This document shows positions 57,646-64,000 of a DNA stretch of 64,000 nucleotides, piece by piece. The notes under the pieces are model-generated. The model worked only from the letters and a program-made list of their open reading frames with translations. It ran no database searches and was not told where the DNA came from. The stretch comes from Dehalococcoidia bacterium (GTDB lineage Bacteria; Chloroflexota; Dehalococcoidia; Plut-88900), in contig OZ240215.1 in the NCBI GenBank assembly GCA_965197585.1, forward strand, positions 1,024,001 through 1,088,000. Direction: 5' to 3'. Made by a program: the position numbers and the translations under genes. The stretch's first letter is position 1, and each line of letters opens with the position of its first letter.

Positions 57646-58461
57646 TCACCGACCCGGCGGCCGCTGATCGGCTGGCAGTTCGCTTCCGCCGGTCCCGTGG
57701 GTGAAATCTTCACCCCATTCGTAGGGCAGGTCGGTGATCCGGCCCGGCTCATCGAGCGTGTTCAGAGTGCCGAGAGCGTCCTTGATGATGTTCATCTGGA
57801 GCTCTCTGTCGAACGGCTTGCCACATTGATGTCCCAAGGGGAAGTTGACGAACACCGGCCGGGGTGGCTTCACCTGAGCCATCATATCCCTGACCGAGCC
57901 TACGTACACGGTGCTAACGCCTACCTCTTCAACTACCCTCGCTAGCAGTCCAACGGACTGGTGGTCCAGCGGTCAGGCAGGTACACAGAAGAGGACGTCA
58001 ACCTTGGCCTCCTTGAGTTTTCTGGCGATCTCGGCCGCCAACTGTGTCTGGAGAGCTGTACGCTTGTACATTCTCCCCATTCCGAGTCCGTAGTTGATTT
58101 CGGCCAGTTCCCCTATATAGCCCTCCTGCTCCAACTCCCGGAATCTGTCTAAAGGCAAGATGACGTTGGGGTCCCGGTCGGCGTCACGGTGGTCATAATA
58201 GTTGTAGTTGATTATCAGGTCTTCGGTCGGGGTGTCTTTGGGGATCTCCCGGTAGCTTAGCTCGCTTCTGGCCAAGGGGTCGAAAGGCTCCTGGTCCCTG
58301 CGGGACATCCCGGAGGAGCAGAGCAGCGCCACCTTCGCCTGGTCGAGCGGCTTCTCGAACGGGCTCCAGGTCGTGGTGCGGAACACTGACCACTTGTAGG
58401 GTGGAAACCCGTGGCCTTGATAATAGGCGTTGAGGTTGGCTACGTAGTCTATGGGCTTCAT
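57646..58461 (-). CDS. GrdB/PrdB-like selenoprotein (271 aa, in-frame UGA = Sec at 57973-57975)
   Basis: Two predicted ORFs lie in one frame joined across TGA: ...VLFCVPA-U-PLDHQSVGLLARVVEEVGVSTV...PPR..FVNFPLGH.CGKP; D.DPNV..PLDR..EL..EG.IG; AAGGAGG RBS. Confidence 0.88.
57940..57971 (-). promoter_or_regulatory. Bacterial SECIS element
   Basis: After UGA: CGCUGG/CUAGCG lower stem, CAGUCC/GGACUG upper stem, GUU apical loop with G at +19. Confidence 0.8.
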
Positions 58462-58646
58462 CCATGACCTCCTTGTTATAGGGGCAATCCCCGCTCCGGC
58501 CTTTGCAGCCGTTTCAGCTTCTCTGGGGCCACCTCGACTGCTCCGGGGCTCCGTCAGCCTCACATTGACGACCATTTGCCGCCCGAGGCATCCCGGAACC
58601 GTTTGAGGGTCTACTCACTGAGGTTGTCGGGTCGATGTTAGCGACG

Positions 58647-58675
58647 AGTGTATCATTCGGAGTACCCTGCTTCAA
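58647..58675 (-). promoter_or_regulatory. Putative promoter of the selenoprotein gene
   Basis: TTGAAG-17nt-TACACT with extended -10 TG; implies a leader of about 180 nt. Confidence 0.5.
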
Positions 58676-58754
58676 ACAATCCGGACACGGGCAACGTCCA
58701 TCTTCAACTACAGACGTAGCGCCTACTGTTCCGTCTAGCTCACCCCACCAGGGA

Positions 58755-58844
58755 CTAGACTGTCATGTCGTAGCTGCGGCGCACCTTGTCGGGCAAGGCT
58801 CCAGAGCATTCCTGGCCCTCGAACGTGATGGTCTCGTTCACGAT
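58755..58844 (-). pseudogene. Orphan 3' fragment of an N-acyl-D-amino-acid deacylase gene
   Basis: Translates IVNETITFEGQECSGALPDKVRRSYDMTV*, aligning with LVNGAVTFEGNDCTGALPGKLLRSCDMVS* of 34366-36054. Confidence 0.8.
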
Positions 58845-58877
58845 GGCTAAGAAACACGGGACTTACTTACTGAAGTA
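58841..58877 (+). repeat. 37-bp direct repeat, copy 2 (orphan ureohydrolase tail)
   Basis: Encodes MAKKHGTYLLK* versus MAKRDGTYLLK* in the intact gene. Confidence 0.9.
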
Positions 58878-58901
58878 GGGCGTCCTGGCAGAGCAAAAGA
58901 T

Positions 58902-58940
58902 TCGGGCGGTTGGCTTAGCCAACCGCCCGAGTGTCTTCTT
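58902..58940. terminator. Intrinsic terminator hairpin downstream of tmRNA (possibly bidirectional)
   Basis: tcgggcggttggc-tta-gccaaccgcccga with A/T-rich flanks. Confidence 0.8.
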
Positions 58941-58943
58941 ACT

Positions 58944-59296
58944 TGGTGGAGACGGGGGAGGGTCGAACTCCCCGTCCAGAAGGTGGCCCCAGAGCGTCTA
59001 CAGGCTTAGACGGCACTTAAATTTCGCCCGCCGTATCGCAGCCGACGACGACAACGGAAGGCTAGCTGAATAGTCTTAACCTGTCCCTCACAGCATTAGG
59101 GCAGGAGCACCTCGATTTGCGTCGCCCTGAGACGGCCTTCGAGGAGAGGCCGAACAGGACGGGTTACCTAGTGTCTAGGCAGCCAGTGCGTACTGACGTT
59201 TGCCAGTTATGTTTTTGCCGCTGGTTTTACGAGTCCCACGGCGCCTCGGCCTGCAACCCTGGGTTACCGTGACTCCTGTCGAGCCCACGCGTCCCC
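58944..59296 (-). ncRNA. ssrA: tmRNA; tag peptide (A)GKRQYALAA* at 59175-59204
   Basis: 5' GGGGACGCG.GG.TCGAC; 3' T-arm GTTCGAC...TCTCCACCA; resume context ATAACT-GGC; adjacent to smpB. Confidence 0.95.
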
Positions 59297-59355
59297 AAGC
59301 TGTAGGACTTTATTTTAACATAACGTCTTGCTTGGGGCTCGGGACCCGAAGAGCG

Positions 59356-59817
59356 TCAGCTCCGTCTTATGCCGATTTCTTTGAGGACCGCCCGCTGCAT
59401 CTGCCTATCGGCCTCCCGACGTGCGATGGCCGCTCGCTTGTCATAAAGTTTGCGGCCGCGTGCCACCCCGATCTCTATCTTCGCCTTATGGTTCTTGATG
59501 TAGAGCCTGAGCGGAACCAGGGTTAATCCCTTTTCCTGCACCTTGGATGAGAGGTAGTCGATCTGGCCGCGGTGCATAAGCACCTTTCTAGGGCGCATGG
59601 GCTCGTGGTTCGAACGATTGCCGTTGGAGTAAGGCGAAATGTGGGCGCCGTGGAGCCAAAGCTCGTCGTCTTCGGGGCGTGCGAATGCATCCCGGATATT
59701 GACCTTGCCGTCCCGGATCGACTTGATCTCCGTTCCCGTAAGCACGAGTCCTCCTTCGAACGACTCCAGGATGTCGTACTCAAAACGGGCCTTGCGGTTG
59801 ACGCTGATGGTTTTCAT
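59356..59817 (-). CDS. smpB: SsrA-binding protein
   Basis: NRKARFEY, GLVLTGTEIKSIR, GLTLVPL and GRKLYDKR motifs. Confidence 0.97.
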   Translation of the reverse strand: MKTISVNRKARFEYDILESFEGGLVLTGTEIKSIRDGKVNIRDAFARPEDDELWLHGAHISPYSNGNRSNHEPMRPRKVLMHRGQIDYLSSKVQEKGLTLVPLRLYIKNHKAKIEIGVARGRKLYDKRAAIARREADRQMQRAVLKEIGIRRS

Positions 59818-59831
59818 GAGAGGTACAAACG

Positions 59832-61286
59832 TTATCCCGATATCGAAAGCACGTGCTCGATGGCGGCTTCCAGCTGGACGTCCTTCTGGGCCGCGAGATC
59901 AGCTTCGGTGAAAGACACCAGGATGTCAGGTTCGATGCCGAACCCCTCGATTACGTCGCCGTCGGGGGTGAGCCAGCGGGCAAAGGTGACATTCAGCCCC
60001 GACCCGTCCGACAGGTTGTATAGCCGGGTGACGCTTCCCTTGCCGAAGGTCGGGAGCCCGATAAGCTGGGCCCGGCCCCGGTCCTGCAGTGCGCCCGCCA
60101 GCACCTCTGCGCCGCTGGCGCTGTGCGCGTCAACCAGGACGGCAAGGGGCACGTCCAGGGCTACGCCGCCGCCGTCAGCATCCCAGTCGGTCCTGCTGCC
60201 GTTACCTTCCATCTCGATTAGCACCAGGCCGCCGTCCAGGAAGAGGTCGGCGACCTGGACGGTCTCCCGCAGCAGCCCACCCGGATTCTGGCGCACGTCC
60301 AGGATGATTCCCTTAGCTCCTTGGGACAGAGCTTCTTCCAGGAACGCCTCTGTCTCACCGGGGGTGCGGCGGGTAAACAGGTGGATCCTGATTCGATATA
60401 TGTCGTCGTCGAGAGATTCCATACTGACACTGTCGATTGGAATATTGCCGCGCACGATGACCACTCGCTCAGGGTCATGGTCCAGAAGGTGCTGGATCAG
60501 GAGCTCTACAGGCGTGCCTTCCGGCCCCCGGATGCGCAGTATCGACTCCCGCAGGGTGATGGAGTTCGCCTCGATTCCGTCGATCTCCAGGATGATGTCG
60601 CCGGCCAGGATTCCGGCGGCCTCGGCGGGAGAGTTTTCCATCGGGGATATGATTATTGGGTACCCCTCGCTATTGGTGCCCACGTAGGCCCCGATCCCGT
60701 GGAACGAACCCTCCAGGTCCGCCTGGTCCAACCTCAGGTCTTCCCGGGACAGGTAGGCTGTATACGGATCGGCCAGGGCCCCCACCATGCCTCGGATGGC
60801 GGCGGTGTTCAGGTCTTCCAGTCCCAACGCGGTATTGGAGGGTTGGGTGTATGCGTACGCGAGGACCTCGTAGGCCTCCTCCAGTTCGTCCCCTCCCGGC
60901 ACCGAGAAATAGTTCTCCTCCAGCTCCAGGTCGTATTCCAGGGCCCGAGCCTCGGCTATGGAGAGGGACGTGTCTTCGGTAGCTTCCAGGATGCCGAATA
61001 TGGCCCCGTCGCTCAGCACGCGCGCGTCTACGTTGTCGATATCCACGTACTCCCGCTGGACTATGCGCCAAACTTCGTAGAGGGCGCGGGCTTCGTCTGG
61101 CAGGCTTATGGTGAGCGGCTCCTCATTAGGTTCCGCAGTAGTCGTGGATTGGGGGCTGGCATCGGAGGTGGACTCATTGGGGGTCGAGTCCACGGGGGTT
61201 ATGTCCCCGCCGCCCCGGCAGGCGAACACGAGGGCGATAACGGAGATGAGAAGAATGACTGTAGCGAGCCGTTTGCAAATGGGCAA
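59832..61286 (-). CDS. ctpA: S41 carboxy-terminal processing protease, lipoprotein
   Basis: DPYT, PDZ GIGA, DVRQNPGG, SASGAE and TFGKGSV motifs; lipobox VFAC. Confidence 0.9.
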   Translation of the reverse strand: MPICKRLATVILLISVIALVFACRGGGDITPVDSTPNESTSDASPQSTTTAEPNEEPLTISLPDEARALYEVWRIVQREYVDIDNVDARVLSDGAIFGILEATEDTSLSIAEARALEYDLELEENYFSVPGGDELEEAYEVLAYAYTQPSNTALGLEDLNTAAIRGMVGALADPYTAYLSREDLRLDQADLEGSFHGIGAYVGTNSEGYPIIISPMENSPAEAAGILAGDIILEIDGIEANSITLRESILRIRGPEGTPVELLIQHLLDHDPERVVIVRGNIPIDSVSMESLDDDIYRIRIHLFTRRTPGETEAFLEEALSQGAKGIILDVRQNPGGLLRETVQVADLFLDGGLVLIEMEGNGSRTDWDADGGGVALDVPLAVLVDAHSASGAEVLAGALQDRGRAQLIGLPTFGKGSVTRLYNLSDGSGLNVTFARWLTPDGDVIEGFGIEPDILVSFTEADLAAQKDVQLEAAIEHVLSISG

Positions 61287-61391
61287 TGTACTCTAGCCTC
61301 AATGGCGGAACGAAGATAGTAACATTTGTTTCCAGAGCTTAAGGAAATTTTATCATAGCCATAGGGCGCCTCCAATTCGGAATCGGAGACG

Positions 61392-61421
61392 TTGACACAT
61401 CGGAAGGCGTGTCCATAGAAT
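61392..61421 (+). promoter_or_regulatory. Putative sigma70 promoter
   Basis: TTGACA-18nt-TAGAAT, 50 nt upstream of the ATG at 61472. Confidence 0.6.
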
Positions 61422-61471
61422 CGTAGTCCCCGCGCCCCGGAACCCGAGTTGATCCCATTAGTGAGGCTGGT

Positions 61472-62173
61472 ATGGCGGTCGGAAGGCAAATTTACGAACT
61501 GCATCAGCTGGATGCTTCAATCCTCGATACGGACGCCGCCCTGGCTCTCGTCAACCGCAAATTGACGGACGATTCAGAGCTCCGGAAAGCCGAGGCAGTC
61601 CTTAGTCGAGCCCAGGAAAAGCTCGCGGGTGTGGAGCGGCGTCAGCGTGAAGCAGAGGCCCTTATGAGCGACATCCAGGCGCGCCTCGGGCCACTGGAGA
61701 CAAAGACCTACGACGGCTCCGTCGGCAATCCCCGCGAACTCCAGAGTATGGAACGGGAAGTGGAAAACCTCAAAAAGCGGCTTTCCGAAGCGGAAGACAG
61801 CTTTCTCAATATTCTTGACGAGCACGATGCTGCATCAAAAGTTGCTGCTGAAAAAGAAGCCCAGCGTTCCGCCGCCAAGAAAAATAGGAAGACCGAGCTA
61901 AAGGACCTGTCTAACGAGAAGGACAAGCTGGAGTTCGATCTTCTGGAGCTTTCCGAAAAGCGTGACGGTAGGGCCTCTGCGTTAGACGCGGACCCGAAGA
62001 ACCTGTACGAAACTCTTCGACAGTCGCTGGGAGGGTTGGCCTTAGCGACCATTGGGCGCGGAATGTGCAACATTTGCCGCATATCCTTGCCAATGAACGT
62101 GGTCCAAAAAGCGAAGGCCGGCAGAGAACTGTCCCAATGCCCTACCTGCTCAAGGATCCTGTGGGTCGAGTAG
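61472..62173 (+). CDS. Coiled-coil C4 zinc-ribbon protein (DUF164 family)
   Basis: Long coiled coil; CNIC...CPTCSRIL. Confidence 0.9.
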   Translation: MAVGRQIYELHQLDASILDTDAALALVNRKLTDDSELRKAEAVLSRAQEKLAGVERRQREAEALMSDIQARLGPLETKTYDGSVGNPRELQSMEREVENLKKRLSEAEDSFLNILDEHDAASKVAAEKEAQRSAAKKNRKTELKDLSNEKDKLEFDLLELSEKRDGRASALDADPKNLYETLRQSLGGLALATIGRGMCNICRISLPMNVVQKAKAGRELSQCPTCSRILWVE

Positions 62174-62225
62174 TTCACGTCCACCCCACCTCCCCCAGCC
62201 TCACTTTGAAAGGAGTGACGGCGTG

Positions 62226-62627
62226 ATGAGCAAAGCTATCATCCAGACTGACGGCGCTTCCCGCGGAAACCCGGGGCCCGCGTCCATCGGCGGCGTGATA
62301 TGGGACTACGAAGGCCAGGTCATCGCCGAGGTCAGCAAGGCCATAGGCATTGCCACCAGCAACGTGGCGGAGTACAGGGCACTGGTTGAGACACTGGCCA
62401 AGGCCCTGGAATTGGGTGTCGAGTTTGTCGACATCCGTCTTGACTCGGAACTGATAGTCAGGCAAGTCAACGGCAGTTACCGGACCAGGAAACCCAAGTT
62501 GAAAAAACTCCTCTCCCAGGTCCAGGGACTACTGCGATCATTCGATGGGTACGTTATCCAGCACGTGCCTCGATGGGACAACCGCCACGCCGACGCCCTC
62601 GCCAACCGGGCTTTGGACGCTCGCTGA
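62226..62627 (+). CDS. rnhA: Ribonuclease HI family protein
   Basis: TDGASRGNPG, NVAEY, DSELIVRQ and N..AD.LAN motifs. Confidence 0.92.
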   Translation: MSKAIIQTDGASRGNPGPASIGGVIWDYEGQVIAEVSKAIGIATSNVAEYRALVETLAKALELGVEFVDIRLDSELIVRQVNGSYRTRKPKLKKLLSQVQGLLRSFDGYVIQHVPRWDNRHADALANRALDAR

Positions 62628-62663
62628 ATTTGACCTCCCCGTTAGGGTGGCATAGTCTTGAAT

Positions 62664-63014
62664 GGGACTTGGAGACCGGGTGGCCGCCCGCCTCGGCGGG
62701 AGGAAAGTCCGAGCTCCACCGGGAAGGATGCTGGGTAACTCCCAGGAGGGGAAACCCTACGGAAAGTGCCACAGAAACATACCGCCCGCCCATGGCGGGT
62801 AAGGGTGAAATGGCGAGGTAAGAGCTCACCAGTAGTCGGGAGACCGGCTAGCTGGGCAAACCCCATCCGGAGCAAGGCCAAATAGGAGGACAATGGGACC
62901 CGGCCCGTCCTCGGGTTGGCTGCTCGAGCCCGGCGGTAACGCCGGGCCCAGATAGATGGCCACCGTCCGCCTCAGGCGGATACAGAACTCGGCTTATAGG
63001 TCTCCGCAGGTCTC
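62664..63014 (+). ncRNA. rnpB: RNase P RNA (type A)
   Basis: GAGGAAAGTCCGAGCTC, AGTGCCACAGAAA, GGGCAAACCCC..GGAGCAAG and ACAGAACTCGGCTTA; P1 ggagacc/ggtctcc; TTGACC-17nt-TAGTCT upstream. Confidence 0.95.
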
Positions 63015-63016
63015 GG

Positions 63017-63055
63017 TGGGGCGGCGGCGCGTGCGTCGCCGCCCCATTCTTTGTT
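63017..63055 (+). terminator. Intrinsic terminator after rnpB
   Basis: tggggcggcggcgc-gt-gcgtcgccgcccca followed by ttctttgtt. Confidence 0.85.
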
Positions 63056-63120
63056 GAAGGCATCGTGTGCCGACATATATACTGGGCTATCGCCCTCGTT
63101 TAGCCTTGCCGGAGGTATCT

Positions 63121-64000
63121 ATGACCACCTTGAAGAAGGCCCCCGAAGCCGCCGAGACTCGGTCCCCGACCGCCCATCCCCTCGACCCCCTCACCCCTGG
63201 TGAAATAGTCCGCGCCGTGGAAATACTGAATCGGGACCAGGACATCGGGCCGCGAGTGAGGTACGAGACCGTCGTCCTCAACGAACCGCCCAAGGACGAC
63301 GTCCTGGCCTACGACGGTACGAAAGCGCTACCTCGTGAGGCTTTCATCTGTATCCTGGACAACGACTCCCGCCGCACTTACGAGGCCGTCGTCTCTCTCT
63401 CCGAGGACCGCGTGAAGTCATGGAATCACATCCCCGGAGTCCAGCCCAAGATCATGCTGGACGAGTTCTACGAGTGCGAGCAGGCCGTCAAGGCCGACCC
63501 GGCATTCCGAGAGGCCCTCGCCCGACGGGGAATCACCAACGTGGACCTCGTGATGGTTGATCCTTGGGCTGCAGGCAATTACGGGTATGAGGGCGACAAC
63601 GGAATGCGGTTGTCCTACTCGCTCTGTTGGCTTCGCTCCAGCCCCAAGGACAACGGCTATGCCCGACCCATTGAGGGCGTAGTCCCAGTGGTCGACCTTA
63701 ATGAGATGAAGGTACTTCGGGTTATCGACCACGGCGTTGTGCCCCTCCCTCCGACCGACGGCAACTACTCCCAGAATTTCATTCACGAGTTCCGGGAAGA
63801 CCTTAAGCCCATAGAAATCACCCAGCCCGAGGGCCCCAGTTTCACGGTGGACGGGTGGCACGTTGCCTGGCAGAAGTGGGACATGCGTCTCGGGTTCACT
63901 CCCAGGGAGGGCCTGGTCCTCTATGACATCGCTTACACAGACCAGGGGCGTCGACGCCCGATTATCTACCGGACCTGTCTTTCCGAGATGGTTGTCCCCT
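63121..64000 (+). CDS. Copper-containing primary amine oxidase, N-terminal part (runs off window; absent from ORF track)
   Basis: GGAGG RBS; HPLDPLT..EI, NGYARPIEG, I.QPEGPSF.V.G..V.WQKW..R.GF..REGLVL and SEMVVP motifs. Confidence 0.92.
   Translation, partial: MTTLKKAPEAAETRSPTAHPLDPLTPGEIVRAVEILNRDQDIGPRVRYETVVLNEPPKDDVLAYDGTKALPREAFICILDNDSRRTYEAVVSLSEDRVKSWNHIPGVQPKIMLDEFYECEQAVKADPAFREALARRGITNVDLVMVDPWAAGNYGYEGDNGMRLSYSLCWLRSSPKDNGYARPIEGVVPVVDLNEMKVLRVIDHGVVPLPPTDGNYSQNFIHEFREDLKPIEITQPEGPSFTVDGWHVAWQKWDMRLGFTPREGLVLYDIAYTDQGRRRPIIYRTCLSEMVVP

Noticed and set aside
58944-58985. tRNA-like 3' end with CCA, and a possible tmRNA-targeted island
   Set aside because: It is the tRNA-like domain of tmRNA; no duplicated ssrA 3' end or integrase was seen, and the adjacent insert duplicates the ureohydrolase tail instead
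59572-61319. Long + strand ORFs (371 and 332 aa)
   Set aside because: Antisense to smpB and ctpA, which carry clear family motifs
63418-63861. 147-aa ORF on the - strand
   Set aside because: Antisense to the copper amine oxidase, which the ORF track missed because it has no stop within the window

Overview
This is a GC-rich bacterial chromosome segment. Its gene content points to Chloroflexota/Dehalococcoidia (SAR202-like), which is an inference from four luciferase-like monooxygenases, many amidohydrolases, a CaiB CoA-transferase and a Mo-hydroxylase subunit. Most of the window is small-molecule catabolism, ending in a core block (ssrA-smpB-ctpA, Zn-ribbon, RNase H, rnpB) and a partial copper amine oxidase. 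Accessory DNA includes four toxin-antitoxin loci (two with broken toxins), a DUF6978/DUF1828 pair, a PLD-nuclease/ATPase fusion beside rtcB, a MuF-like Zn protein and a 10x FN3 surface protein. Five observations stand out. (1) A hidden GrdB/PrdB-like selenoprotein (57646-58461) is split by the ORF caller at an in-frame UGA; it has a clear SECIS hairpin and an unusual U-x-x-D motif. (2) Two integrase-free cassettes are each bracketed by a duplicated 3' end of the upstream host gene (75 bp and 37 bp), and one also carries an orphan tail of a third gene. (3) A Ppx/GppA gene precedes two divergent tandem thymidylate-kinase-like genes, a candidate unrecognised polyphosphate/nucleotide module. (4) A TcuA-PrpD-isocitrate-lyase-family operon lacks TcuB. 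(5) Several enzymes have substituted catalytic residues. All calls come from reading motifs by eye; no database searches were run.
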